From a virus, in the IMG/VR virus record IMGVR_UViG_3300045118_000377, positions 31,491-95,490 of that record: 64,000 nucleotides of DNA, one strand, 5' to 3'. Under the pieces are notes generated by a model, which was not told the origin of the DNA, did no database searches, and was given only the letters and a program-made list of their open reading frames with translations. Position numbers and translations under genes: made by a program. Every line of letters begins with the position of its first letter. The stretch's first letter is position 1. Below are positions 1 to 9,576 of this stretch, piece by piece.

Positions 1-2
1 GA

Positions 3-779
3 TCGGGAGCAGGGACATTCTGCCAGGGCAACGACAGTCGGCTCTCTGATGCACGAATACCTACGGCGCACAAGACCAGCCATGAGCCTGGTGGGTCGGA
101 CGCAATGGCAGTTGACGCCGCTGCCGGGACGGGCTCGCTGCGTACTCTCGGGACTTCGGCGACCGCTGCATGCGCTGGGAACGACAGTCGACTCTCAGAT
201 AGCCGTACTCCGACAGCACACGCAGCCTCTCACAAGAGTGGCGGCTCAGACGCGATCAAACTCGATGAGCTGGCTGCTCCGACTGATGTGACGACGCTGG
301 ACGCCTCCGTGTCGGCTCATGGGCTGTTGCCCAAGCTGGGAGGTGGGACCTCCAACTATCTCAGAGCTGATGGGACATGGGCAACCCCGTCAGGTAGTGG
401 TGGGGTGTTTGGTTCTAACCCACAGCAAGCGGCGAGTGATGGAATATCCACAACGACCAGCAGCACTTTCCAAGACAAGACTACCCTCACCACTGGTGCG
501 CTGACCGGGACCTACCGAGTGGCGTTCTCGTGCGAGATCATGATCGGAGCGGCCAACGCCAGATACCAGTGTAGACTGTATAACAGCACGGACGCTACGG
601 AACTATGTTTCGATGAACAGCGCCCGTCAGCGGTGAGTATGTACACGACCGTGTCTGGCTTCGTCTACGTGACATTCGCTGGAGCAGCCAAGACGTTCAA
701 GATCCAGTTTGCAAGTCAGAACAACTTCACTACCGTCACGATTCGTAGGGCTAGGATCGAATTCTGGAGGGTAAGCTAA
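3..779 (+). CDS. Tail fibre-like protein, C-terminal part (5' truncated by window edge)
   Basis: The frame is open from position 3, upstream of the listed ATG105. It has two copies of GNDSRLSDxRxPTAHxxSHxxGGSDA, a YLRADGTWATP fibre motif and a beta-rich C-terminal domain. Confidence 0.65.
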   Translation, partial: SGAGTFCQGNDSRLSDARIPTAHKTSHEPGGSDAMAVDAAAGTGSLRTLGTSATAACAGNDSRLSDSRTPTAHAASHKSGGSDAIKLDELAAPTDVTTLDASVSAHGLLPKLGGGTSNYLRADGTWATPSGSGGVFGSNPQQAASDGISTTTSSTFQDKTTLTTGALTGTYRVAFSCEIMIGAANARYQCRLYNSTDATELCFDEQRPSAVSMYTTVSGFVYVTFAGAAKTFKIQFASQNNFTTVTIRRARIEFWRVS

Positions 780-1897
780 TGAGCGCAACCAAGTACACCT
801 ACTCAATCCAGAGCGACTTCCCAAACCACATCGTGGCCACGGACAGACTCGCGCAAGAGATCAGAGCAAGCGCCATCATCACGGCTCTCGATGGGATCAA
901 CACGTCCGGTGACGTATGCGACATCTGGTTCAAGGGTTCGCTGTCGCAAGGAGACGAGACGATTCTTGCTGGACTCGTAGCGGCGCACCAAGGTCAGCCC
1001 CTGCCAGAGAATACAACCACACTGATCAGCACAGGCAAAAACACGAGCGACGGCTCCCCGATCTTCGCGTACAAGAAACCGGACGCACCGAAGCTCACGT
1101 TCATCACCAGCAACTGGTGCGACCGTACGACCTGGTACAGCTCGTCGGTCTATGTCGAGGATGAGGTCGCTACCGATTCCGGCGACCATACGACCTACAA
1201 CCTCGCCCACCCGGATGTGATCGACACCTACCACGGCAAGATCAGCTTCGAGGACTTTCTGAAGGACAGTCAGGGGCGCAGCTACCGCGTGGCTGTGAAG
1301 GTCGACGACGTGGCGAAGGTCGAGCGCGACCCGCATGTCGGTAGCGGTGGCGACTTCACCGTGAACTACGCCGACGGCAAGATCGTGTTCCTCTCCGCTC
1401 TCCAGGGAACCGAGGTGGTGAAGGTCACGCACCACTACGCCAACGGCAGCACCTTCGTCGTCGCGCCTATCACAGGCAAGGTGCTCATGATCGAGACGGT
1501 AGAGGTCCAGTGCTCGGACGACCTGGAGATGCTCGACACGTTCGTCTTCCAAGCCTACGGCCTGGTGGACGTCTTCGCGCCCTGGATCATGCTGCCACCC
1601 TACAACATCCCCAGCGGGACCAAGATCCCCCTCGGGAATGCGTTGAAGTACAAGACCATCCAAGACATCGTCAACGACAGCAACCACAGCTACCCCGCGT
1701 ACCCCGCTCTCGGCGGCGCGGGATGGAGAGGGACGCAGAAGCCGTCTTGGATCTTCGCCTGGAACTACGACGTGGGCTCGACGATGCTGCGGTCGAGCTA
1801 CGGAATGGAGATCAGGATCTCGCTCGAGCATGACACTAAGTGTGGCGGGACCTACGCGACAGCAACCCTCTATTGTACCAGCGGGGATGAATCGTGA
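779..1897 (+). CDS. Hypothetical virion-associated protein
   Basis: 372 aa ORF with strong codon bias; TAATG overlap with the upstream gene; beta-rich, includes FTVNYADGKIVF. Confidence 0.6.
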   Translation: MSATKYTYSIQSDFPNHIVATDRLAQEIRASAIITALDGINTSGDVCDIWFKGSLSQGDETILAGLVAAHQGQPLPENTTTLISTGKNTSDGSPIFAYKKPDAPKLTFITSNWCDRTTWYSSSVYVEDEVATDSGDHTTYNLAHPDVIDTYHGKISFEDFLKDSQGRSYRVAVKVDDVAKVERDPHVGSGGDFTVNYADGKIVFLSALQGTEVVKVTHHYANGSTFVVAPITGKVLMIETVEVQCSDDLEMLDTFVFQAYGLVDVFAPWIMLPPYNIPSGTKIPLGNALKYKTIQDIVNDSNHSYPAYPALGGAGWRGTQKPSWIFAWNYDVGSTMLRSSYGMEIRISLEHDTKCGGTYATATLYCTSGDES

Positions 1898-2229
1898 CCG
1901 GACAACTTCCCAAGATCACCATCGCACCGATGTTTGATCTGTGGTCGATCATCCACTTCGGATTCTGGGCGTTCATCTCCAGCTCCGTGGGCGCAACGTG
2001 GGAGCCGCCGCTCTGGGTGCATCTGCTCTACACGCTCATCGGCAGCTACGTGTGGGAGGGGATCGAATTCCCTCTTCAGCGGAAGTACCCAGCGCGGTGG
2101 AGCTACCGGCTGGAGAGCTGGCAGAACAGCTTCATCGGCGATCCGATCTCCAACCTGCTCGGTGCCGCTTTCGGCTGGTTCGTGGTGGCGTACTACAGAG
2201 AGCACTACTGGATCTGGAGGAAGCGGTGA
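1894..2229 (+). CDS. Small integral membrane protein, DUF2585-like
   Basis: Hydrophobic helices with DLWSIIH...WEGIE...ESWQNSFIGD motifs; GTGA coupling at both ends. Confidence 0.55.
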   Translation: MTGQLPKITIAPMFDLWSIIHFGFWAFISSSVGATWEPPLWVHLLYTLIGSYVWEGIEFPLQRKYPARWSYRLESWQNSFIGDPISNLLGAAFGWFVVAYYREHYWIWRKR

Positions 2230-2876
2230 GCCGTGACCCAAAGGCGACTCATTGTACGGATCCTCTGGGAGTGCCCGTGGTGCGGGAAGATCTGGACAAA
2301 GAGGCCGTTACCCCGGTCGAAGTGCCCATGCTGTCGTGCAACTGTGGAGGAAAGGGGCTGGGTATCACGATCGGATTCTCTACCACCAACAAGCTCATCT
2401 CGAGAATCATCCGGTGGATCACCAGAGGGAAGGTGAGTCACTCCTGGGTCGCCTACGACGACTTCACGCTTGGCTTGCGCATGGTCTTGCAGGCCGAGGC
2501 CTGGGGCTTCGAAGTACGGCCGTGGGCGAGGTGGTGCAGAGAGAACATCTGGGTGGCGGAGTTCCGTTTGATCAACGGGGCTCAGCACTCAGCGCTCCGC
2601 AAGAGAGCGAGGGAGATCGGGGAGAAGTACGACTACAAGTCGGCCATCGTGGCGGGGGTAATCTCCTGGTTCCGCAGGTGGGTGAGGGCGAAGTTCAGCT
2701 TCCGCTCGCACAGAACTCCTGGGAAACTGATGTGCAGTGAAGCAGTGGTGAGGTTCTTGAAGGACGCCGGGTGTCAAGCTGTGAGAAACTTGGACGAGGA
2801 GCTGACGTCTCCCGCGGAACTCTACGACATCGTTCGGTGCTCCACGGAATTCACTGCGGTGAAACGTGAGAGGTGA
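2226..2876 (+). CDS. Permuted papain-like NlpC/P60 (YiiX/YebB-type) amidase or acyl hydrolase
   Basis: His precedes Cys: ISRIIRWIT-GKVSHS ... GEKYDY ... LMCSEAV. Start reassigned to GTG2226, overlapping the upstream TGA. Confidence 0.75.
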   Translation: MSRDPKATHCTDPLGVPVVREDLDKEAVTPVEVPMLSCNCGGKGLGITIGFSTTNKLISRIIRWITRGKVSHSWVAYDDFTLGLRMVLQAEAWGFEVRPWARWCRENIWVAEFRLINGAQHSALRKRAREIGEKYDYKSAIVAGVISWFRRWVRAKFSFRSHRTPGKLMCSEAVVRFLKDAGCQAVRNLDEELTSPAELYDIVRCSTEFTAVKRER

Positions 2877-2879
2877 CCA

Positions 2880-3206
2880 ATGTCTGGATCGTATGCTGCG
2901 GTACTTCCTTTCCCGGCGCATGCTAGGGAGATGGAGACTCGGCACGAAGCGGTTGACGAAGACATCCCTACCATCGACGATGTGATCTGCTACCTGCGAT
3001 GGAAGCACCCAGAGATGGTAGAGACCCTCGACGACAGGATGAAACACCAGCACGAGATGGTGCTCGAGATCCTCATGAAGAAGGGGGTGTCTCCTCGTGA
3101 TCTGATGCGCATGACTCCCGGTGAAGCGAACGCGCTCGACGACCTGGAGTTGCGCCTCTGCTACCACGTCTTGAGAGACATCGCCTACATCGACTCCTTG
3201 CGGTAG
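2880..3206 (+). CDS. Hypothetical protein
   Basis: 108 aa ORF, GAGG RBS, tightly packed with neighbours. Confidence 0.6.
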   Translation: MSGSYAAVLPFPAHAREMETRHEAVDEDIPTIDDVICYLRWKHPEMVETLDDRMKHQHEMVLEILMKKGVSPRDLMRMTPGEANALDDLELRLCYHVLRDIAYIDSLR

Positions 3207-3214
3207 AATGGGAC

Positions 3215-3526
3215 ATGGACCCCACTGTAGTCAAAACCCTCATCAACCTAGGCACCTACGGGCCGCTGGGTATCATGGCAGCTGTGGGATTCATGCTGTT
3301 CCTCCTGGAGCGCAAGAAGACCTCTGAGCTGACTTCCAAGCTGCTGGAGTTCGCTCAGGCTAGCGTGAAGGCTGATGCTGAGCATACTAAGGCGATGGAG
3401 GCGCTGGGCAAACTCTATGACATCAGCGTCGATTCCATGGCAGCTTTGAACAACAACACTGCCACTCTTGGGACGATCAAGGATGCCCTTGGTCGGTTGG
3501 AGTCGAAGAATGAGCGCAAAAGATGA
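3215..3526 (+). CDS. Holin-like membrane protein (N-terminal TM helix plus coiled coil)
   Basis: YGPLGIMAAVGFMLFLL TM segment followed by an amphipathic coiled coil; BhlA-like architecture. Confidence 0.45.
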   Translation: MDPTVVKTLINLGTYGPLGIMAAVGFMLFLLERKKTSELTSKLLEFAQASVKADAEHTKAMEALGKLYDISVDSMAALNNNTATLGTIKDALGRLESKNERKR

Positions 3527-3890
3527 TCCTACGTCGTTGGGGCTGGTTCTGGTGGAGATGGGGGTGATCACGGAGGACCAGCTGCGGGAAGCGGTCGAGC
3601 GGCAAGAGAACTCGACGCTGGAGCAGCTGCTGGGTGCGGTCTTGGTCCACGAGGGGTTCTGCAAGAAAGAGGACATCGAAGCCGCGATCTCCGCCCAGGA
3701 GAGTATGCGCAGAGGCAAGAAGGTCCAGCACGCGATGGCCGTCGCCGACCTTGCCATCTATCGAAAGAAGACGAACGGGGCGCGTGACCGGGCGATAGCC
3801 AGCGGCGCACGTCTGGTGCGCACGGCCAGTGGTTCTGGCTTCCAGGCGGTCACGCCGGAGCTGCTGGCCAAAGGCACCGGAGATCGGTAG
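3510..3890 (+). CDS. Stand-alone MshEN (T2SSE_N-like, c-di-GMP-binding fold) protein
   Basis: Tandem motifs SLGLVLVEMGVITEDQLREAVERQ and LLGAVLVHEGFCKKEDIEAAISAQ match RLGxxLxxxGxIxxxxLxxxLxxQ except for the leading Arg. Confidence 0.75.
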   Translation: MSAKDDPTSLGLVLVEMGVITEDQLREAVERQENSTLEQLLGAVLVHEGFCKKEDIEAAISAQESMRRGKKVQHAMAVADLAIYRKKTNGARDRAIASGARLVRTASGSGFQAVTPELLAKGTGDR

Positions 3891-3899
3891 TATCCTCTC

Positions 3900-4439
3900 A
3901 TGGCCGTACCTGCCACAGTCGGGACGGCGGTCCCTATCGCCATGATCCTGGAAGACGGGAACGAGTCTCAGTTCCCGCAGGCGGAGATCTACAACGGCGG
4001 CTCTTTCCCTCTCTCTGTGTTGAACCTCGTCCACAAGGGCCGTGGCAGGTACGAAGCAAACTGGACACCTCCGATCGCTGGTGTGTTCGCGGCCATCTTC
4101 ATCGTGTACTCTGACTCGGCTCACACGATCGAGAACATCGTCTACACGCGGGAGATCGAGCAGATCTTCGCGACGGCCAGCAACGTGGACGACCTCGCGG
4201 CCAAGATCGCCAGGGTGCTGGGGTTGCTGCATGAGAACTCCTACATCGACAACACGACCTTTGACGCTTTCGGGCAGCTGCTGACCTGCCGCATTCGGCT
4301 GTTCGACTCCAAGGCGCACGTGGAGCTCGCCACCGATGGTGGAACCGAGACCCTCGGTCTGATCGCCACCTACTCTATGGAAGCCGACTACGAGGCGGCT
4401 GGCCGGCTGAAGACCTACCGGTACAAGAGGGTCGGATGA
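3900..4439 (+). CDS. Hypothetical virion protein (Ig-like N-terminus)
   Basis: 179 aa; GRYEANWTP strand pattern; codon bias. Confidence 0.55.
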   Translation: MAVPATVGTAVPIAMILEDGNESQFPQAEIYNGGSFPLSVLNLVHKGRGRYEANWTPPIAGVFAAIFIVYSDSAHTIENIVYTREIEQIFATASNVDDLAAKIARVLGLLHENSYIDNTTFDAFGQLLTCRIRLFDSKAHVELATDGGTETLGLIATYSMEADYEAAGRLKTYRYKRVG

Positions 4440-4735
4440 GCCTCTGCGCGACAGCTCTCGTGACCAGGGGCTACATCTGTTGCGACATCACGCAGAACCA
4501 GATGGTCTCGTGTGACAAGCCCGAGTTCGTCGGCTTCGTGGAGGTCCGGCCCAAGATCAGGTGGGTGGAGGGACAGCAGCCTCCCAGTACACCCGTGCCC
4601 TCGATGACCAGCGCCCAGGAGCTGCGGCCGCGGATGGTCGGCAAGGCGGACCCAGCGCCTACCACTGTCTCTGGGCCCAAGCAGGTGTCGGCTCAGGAGC
4701 TGAAGCCCAAGATCGTCAAGGCCGAGGAGGAGTAG
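4436..4735 (+). CDS. Hypothetical Pro-rich protein with internal repeat
   Basis: ATGA overlap; three repeats EVRPKI / SAQELRPRM / SAQELKPKI. Confidence 0.55.
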   Translation: MSLCATALVTRGYICCDITQNQMVSCDKPEFVGFVEVRPKIRWVEGQQPPSTPVPSMTSAQELRPRMVGKADPAPTTVSGPKQVSAQELKPKIVKAEEE

Positions 4736-4736
4736 C

Positions 4737-5687
4737 GTGGCCACCATCAAGATCAAGATCTACGTCTCCGAGCTGGCCAACGTCATGACGTTGTACGACA
4801 AGATCTCCGTGCAACGATCGACGACCGCTCCTCCGTCCACTACCGAGGACGACCTCACAGCCAACTCATCGGCACCAGCGACTCTCGTCGGCTCGCTCGA
4901 GGGACCGTACCTCCTCAACGGCAAGACCCTGACGTTCAAGGTCAACGGCACGCAGGTCTCCGTGACCTTCACGTACGCCGACCCGGTCGCGATCACCCAG
5001 GTCGTGGATGCCGTGAACGCGGCGCTCGCGGCCGCGGGCCTGGGTGCGACAGCCGATGCCTACGGCGGCAAGCTGCGGATCAGGACCACTTCCAACGGCA
5101 CGCAGTTCACGTTGGAGATCATTAGCGGTTCTGCTGTCACGGTTCTGGGGTTCACTGCCGGGCAGAAGGCGCACGGCCTCGCCGCTCACATCACGCTGGT
5201 CGTTGGCACGACCCAGTATGAGTTCGACGACGGCAGCGGGCTGGCCTCCTACTACTACCGATCTCGCTTCTTCAACACCGCCAATGGTACCTACAGCGCG
5301 TGGAGCGACTGGATCCAGGGAACGACTGGAGCCGCCATCCCGTCGGCCGATCTCATCATCGGAAAGGTCAAGCTGGCCGATCTGGATGGGAAGGCACTTC
5401 CGAACCGTGTGATCACCATCGGCAACGCCATGGAGCCCAGCAAGGCGGATGGGTACGGGATCTTCGGGGCGGCGATCACGCTGGAGACTGACGGCACGGG
5501 GCAGGCTGAGACAACGCTTGTGAAGGGATCGCTGGTGGATGTAATCTTCAATGGTACTTCCATCGTCCGGCGAATCCGGGTGCCGTCATCGGGGACTGAG
5601 TTCGACCTCCTGGACGACTCGCTGGTAGTGGGAGACGAGTTCGAAATCCAGGTGCCGGACATCCCCTATGCCCCTCGGAGATCGTAA
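4737..5687 (+). CDS. Virion structural protein with a flagellin-IN/FliD-like module
   Basis: GGAGGAG RBS; carries the LNGKTLTFKVNG...VVDAVNAAL...KLRIRT...VLGF module shared with baseplate proteins. Confidence 0.6.
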   Translation: MATIKIKIYVSELANVMTLYDKISVQRSTTAPPSTTEDDLTANSSAPATLVGSLEGPYLLNGKTLTFKVNGTQVSVTFTYADPVAITQVVDAVNAALAAAGLGATADAYGGKLRIRTTSNGTQFTLEIISGSAVTVLGFTAGQKAHGLAAHITLVVGTTQYEFDDGSGLASYYYRSRFFNTANGTYSAWSDWIQGTTGAAIPSADLIIGKVKLADLDGKALPNRVITIGNAMEPSKADGYGIFGAAITLETDGTGQAETTLVKGSLVDVIFNGTSIVRRIRVPSSGTEFDLLDDSLVVGDEFEIQVPDIPYAPRRS

Positions 5688-8319
5688 GACAGGGCGGTTG
5701 CTTCCAGCCAAGGGCGAATTCGCTCCAGGCATTCCGAAATCAAGAACGATCAGACCTCTGCCGCCGGTGCCGCGCGGCCAGCCCCAGCAGTGGGAGCTCG
5801 CCACTCAGCTCCACCACGCAGAGAAGGCCGGTCCGCACACCGACCTCCGCCTGGTAGATCCCGAAGGCCACGCCCACAGCTGGGTGCTGCCCGACACCGG
5901 CCTCCCAAAACCGGGTGAAAAATTCTACCTCCCGCAGGTCGAGACCCACACGCGGGAGTACGCCGCGCGCAAGGGCGAGTTCGAGCTGCCGGCTGGCTAT
6001 GGCAAAGGGACCGTGACCGGCTCGGGCCTGCGCCCGGTAGACGTCCATTACAGTGAGCCTGGAAAGCTCCGTTTCAGCCTGTTGGAAGGCAAAAACCCTC
6101 AAGATTACATACTGGTACGGTCACCCAAGGGGTGGGTTATCCACAACTTTTCACCGACAGCGGAAGCGGGTGTGCGTGGATCGAAGGGTTTCGCCATCCC
6201 GCAGGCGAAGCCAGCGTACAAGGAAAAGCCAACAACTTCGGTGGAGTTCGACGACCCGAGGGTGATCCATCAGGCCAAGATCGACGGCGCGCACGTGACC
6301 GTCCACATCCCGAACAAGGACAGCCAGGTCCGGGTGTTCTCCTACCGCCCGACCGAGGCTGGGACCGGGGTCATCGAGCATACCCACAAGTTGCCCTCGT
6401 ACCACACGCTGCGTGCCCCTGGGAGCCTCGCTGGCACCGTTCTCCGCGGTGAGGCATGGGCGGCAGGCCCGGACGGCAAGGCGCTGCCAGCGGAGCGTAT
6501 AGGCGGCCTCCTGAACGCGGGCGTGGCCCGTTCCAGAGAGCTCCAGCAGGAGCATGGCCCCCTACGCCTGTCGGTCTTTGACGTGGTGCGGCACAAGGGC
6601 AAGCTCATGGAGAACGCCCCCTACGCCGAGAAGCTCGAGGTGCTCCGGCAGGTGGCGAAGGAGATGCCCCAGCTCGAGCTCCCGCCCACGGCCGAGACGC
6701 CGGAGGAGAAGCTCAAGCTCTTCACTCGCATCCAGGAAGGGAAGGAGCCGGTCACCCGAGAGGGGATCGTGGCCTGGCATCTGGACCGGCCACTGCCAAC
6801 CAAGATCAAGTTCCGACCTGATGTTGATGCCGAGGTCGTGGGAGTGTTTCCAGGTAAGGGGAAGCACGAAGGACGAGCCGGTGGGCTGGTGGTGAAGCTG
6901 CCGGGGTCCGAGGCTACCACGAGAGTTGGAACTGGCTTCTCCGATCAGATGCGCAAGGAGCTGTGGGAGAGACAGCACGAGATCGTGGGGCGCGTGGCGC
7001 GTGTGGCGACTCAGCAGGTGTTCCCGAGCGGCAAGATGCGGGCACCGGCGTTCAAGGACTTCCACACGGAGAAGGGCAAGATCGCTTCGGGCAGGCACAG
7101 AGTCGAACATCTCACTACGGATGAAGAGAAGCTGGAAGCTGCTAAGTTGCAAGAAGGGATCGGTTTCGGACTTGGCCCGATCAAGCCATTGCATCCCAAG
7201 TGGGAGTATTACGGCATTCGTAGTGACGACAACAAGCTGGTTGCTGTGAGCCGAGTCAACAAAGAGCCGTTGAAGGAGTGGGAAGGTTCAAAGGACTACG
7301 AGCAGATCGCTCGGCACAGGCCGGATGTATCTATCTCGGCCACTACCGTCCACCCGGAACATCGCAGGAAGGGCATGGCAAAAGCTCTCCGAGCTCACGT
7401 CCAGGATCGATACAACACGATCATATCTGGTACCGGGGCAGAGTCAGACCTACCAGCTATGTCTAGGATCTTGGAGCAACAGGGGTTCGAGCCTATTTGG
7501 CACCGTGGGGCGAACACGCAGTACGTGTGGAAGAAGCAGGCAATGCTCGAGGCCCTAAAGGATGAACTGAACAAGGTCGCGGCTCCTGATATCAGCCCCG
7601 CGCAAGAAGTGGTTCCAGACCCTGCTCAAGATCGCCCATCGCTTGTTGGCGGCATCGCTGCGACTGGCGGCGGCACGTTGCTGGCGGCCGATATGAGAAA
7701 GCGGTTGCTTGGCGAGAAAGTAATCTACCACGGCACACATTCGGATGAAGCCGCAAAAGGGATCATGGAGCATGGGCTCCAACCTTCGTACGGTGGCACG
7801 GGGGCAGCGAAGCTGACGCCAAACTATGTAGCGCGTAGCAAAGGAAAGGTGCACGTCACGGGCGTTAAGCCTGTTGCGATGATGTTCCGATCGTTCGACC
7901 CAGAGACCTATCGTCGTGAGGGTTACGATATCGGACACCTCGTGCGCGGGAACTTGCCTGGGGCACCAGGCACGGTGGTCAAAGCGCGCATCCCGATGTC
8001 CCTTTGGGACAAGTTAGAGATCGATCCAGACATGCTGGGACATACCCCGCAGAACGAACTTCAAGAGGCCATGATCAAGGAGATCGGAGCTCGTGGGGCG
8101 CACCCCATCGAGTCGAAGTACATCAGTGGGGGCCGTGGCAGTATCAGTCGAATCCCCGAAAAGATCGTGGAACTCGGGAGGGAGTTGCCTGGCTATGTCA
8201 AGAGACACCCTCTGCGTTTCGGGGTTGGAGCGCTTGGAACAGCCGGGGGTCTCTATCTTGCCGGCAGGGGAATAGGATCTCTGCGTAGAAGATTCTCCAC
8301 GCCTACTGAGGAAGGATAG
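5668..8319 (+). CDS. Polyvalent protein: LigD-type 3'-phosphoesterase + ATP-dependent DNA ligase + GNAT acetyltransferase + ADP-ribosyltransferase-like domain
   Basis: PE motifs HHAEKAGPHTDLRL / HSWVLP / ETHTREY / GYGKGTV. Ligase KIDG, LRGE, VFDV, EGIV, KIK and OB-fold VGTGFSD...RAP. GNAT motif A VHPEHRRKGMAKAL. ART-like IYHGT...IMEHGLQP. Gly-rich hydrophobic segments. Confidence 0.8.
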   Translation: MPLGDRKTGRLLPAKGEFAPGIPKSRTIRPLPPVPRGQPQQWELATQLHHAEKAGPHTDLRLVDPEGHAHSWVLPDTGLPKPGEKFYLPQVETHTREYAARKGEFELPAGYGKGTVTGSGLRPVDVHYSEPGKLRFSLLEGKNPQDYILVRSPKGWVIHNFSPTAEAGVRGSKGFAIPQAKPAYKEKPTTSVEFDDPRVIHQAKIDGAHVTVHIPNKDSQVRVFSYRPTEAGTGVIEHTHKLPSYHTLRAPGSLAGTVLRGEAWAAGPDGKALPAERIGGLLNAGVARSRELQQEHGPLRLSVFDVVRHKGKLMENAPYAEKLEVLRQVAKEMPQLELPPTAETPEEKLKLFTRIQEGKEPVTREGIVAWHLDRPLPTKIKFRPDVDAEVVGVFPGKGKHEGRAGGLVVKLPGSEATTRVGTGFSDQMRKELWERQHEIVGRVARVATQQVFPSGKMRAPAFKDFHTEKGKIASGRHRVEHLTTDEEKLEAAKLQEGIGFGLGPIKPLHPKWEYYGIRSDDNKLVAVSRVNKEPLKEWEGSKDYEQIARHRPDVSISATTVHPEHRRKGMAKALRAHVQDRYNTIISGTGAESDLPAMSRILEQQGFEPIWHRGANTQYVWKKQAMLEALKDELNKVAAPDISPAQEVVPDPAQDRPSLVGGIAATGGGTLLAADMRKRLLGEKVIYHGTHSDEAAKGIMEHGLQPSYGGTGAAKLTPNYVARSKGKVHVTGVKPVAMMFRSFDPETYRREGYDIGHLVRGNLPGAPGTVVKARIPMSLWDKLEIDPDMLGHTPQNELQEAMIKEIGARGAHPIESKYISGGRGSISRIPEKIVELGRELPGYVKRHPLRFGVGALGTAGGLYLAGRGIGSLRRRFSTPTEEG

Positions 8320-8323
8320 GCTA

Positions 8324-9253
8324 ATGGCCGTCACTGTCAGAGTGTTCGTGGTCGACGAGCAGATTCCAACCCCGTCCCCGATCGAGAACGTGCTGGTGCG
8401 GGTGTTCGATTCCACAGGTGTGGTCTTCATCACGCAAGATCTGACGGACGCGAACGGCATCGCGGACTTCACGCTTGATGGGGACGACCCGCCGGTCGAC
8501 TACCAGGTCCGGCTCTCGAAGACCGGTGTCGCCTTCGACGGACTGCTGGGAGACGACAGCAAGAGCCCACAGCTCATTTCCGTCTACGATCCTCCCGGCT
8601 CCGCTCCATCTGGTACCAACGACTTCCAGGTCAAGGGGCAGACCTACCATCGGCCGGCCGCGACCAACCCTCGCCTGTGCCGTGCCAGCGGGTTCTTCAA
8701 ACGCGGTGATGGGCAGCCGTATCCTTGGCTTGACCTCATGTTCGTTCCCACGTTCAAGCCCACGATCGTGGATGGTGATGGTGTGATCGCCAGCACAGTC
8801 ACCGGTCGTACGGATGCCGACGGCTACTTCGAGATCGATCTCTACCGAAACGGTATCTACCACGTCACGATGGAGGGGCTGGAAGACGTACCGCGTGAGG
8901 TGGTCGTGCCGGACTTGTCGTCGATCAACATCATCGACCTGCTCTTCCCGGTGGTGGCCAAGGTCGAATTCGACGTCCCGTCCGTCAGCCTGGCCGTCGG
9001 CGAGTTCGCGGAAGTCTTCCCAACGATCACGGCGTCTGACGGGCACGTCCTGGAAGGGGCAGCGGTAGCTGACGTCCTCTACGCCATCGCAGACACGGTC
9101 GTGGCCAGCGTGCAGGCGAAGACCGACAGACTCGTCATCCAGGGAGCAGCGGCGGGCTCGACAGAGCTGAACGTCGAGCGCGCTGACACGTCAATCGTGC
9201 TGATCCCCGACACGGGCATCACCTACACGCCACTCCCTATCACCGTTTCATGA
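8324..9253 (+). CDS. Virion protein with transthyretin-like and Ig-like domains
   Basis: TDANGIADF and TDADGYFEIDL repeats; C-terminal Big_2-like pattern (SVSLAVGE...GAAAGSTELNV). Confidence 0.6.
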   Translation: MAVTVRVFVVDEQIPTPSPIENVLVRVFDSTGVVFITQDLTDANGIADFTLDGDDPPVDYQVRLSKTGVAFDGLLGDDSKSPQLISVYDPPGSAPSGTNDFQVKGQTYHRPAATNPRLCRASGFFKRGDGQPYPWLDLMFVPTFKPTIVDGDGVIASTVTGRTDADGYFEIDLYRNGIYHVTMEGLEDVPREVVVPDLSSINIIDLLFPVVAKVEFDVPSVSLAVGEFAEVFPTITASDGHVLEGAAVADVLYAIADTVVASVQAKTDRLVIQGAAAGSTELNVERADTSIVLIPDTGITYTPLPITVS

Positions 9254-9576
9254 TCGCTGTGGCCCCTATCCTCCTGGACCTCGAGCCGGACGAGGGATTC
9301 CGTCCGTGCACTCAGGATGGAGAAGGGGAGCGTCTGCTGCTGGCGTCTATCATCAGGAGGGCGGCGTTCGACATCGTGCTCTATCGCAACGCCCCGCGCC
9401 TGGTAGATCGCCTGGTTGGTGTCGGTGCGTACATGTGGATGTTCAAATCGGAGCACAATCACTTCACGTCGTTCTTGAACATCTGCGAGCTGTTGAACCA
9501 AGACCCGGAATGGATCCGAGAGGAGACGTTGAAGCTCAAGAAGTCCGACGTCAAGAAGTATGATAGGATCCGTTGA
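9250..9576 (+). CDS. Hypothetical helical protein, possible regulator
   Basis: LLLASIIRRAAFD...WMF...SFLNICELLNQDPEWIR pattern; ATGA overlap. Confidence 0.55.
   Translation: MIAVAPILLDLEPDEGFRPCTQDGEGERLLLASIIRRAAFDIVLYRNAPRLVDRLVGVGAYMWMFKSEHNHFTSFLNICELLNQDPEWIREETLKLKKSDVKKYDRIR

Noticed and set aside
5668-7075. Complete NHEJ system
   Set aside because: No Ku gene or LigD polymerase domain is present in this window.
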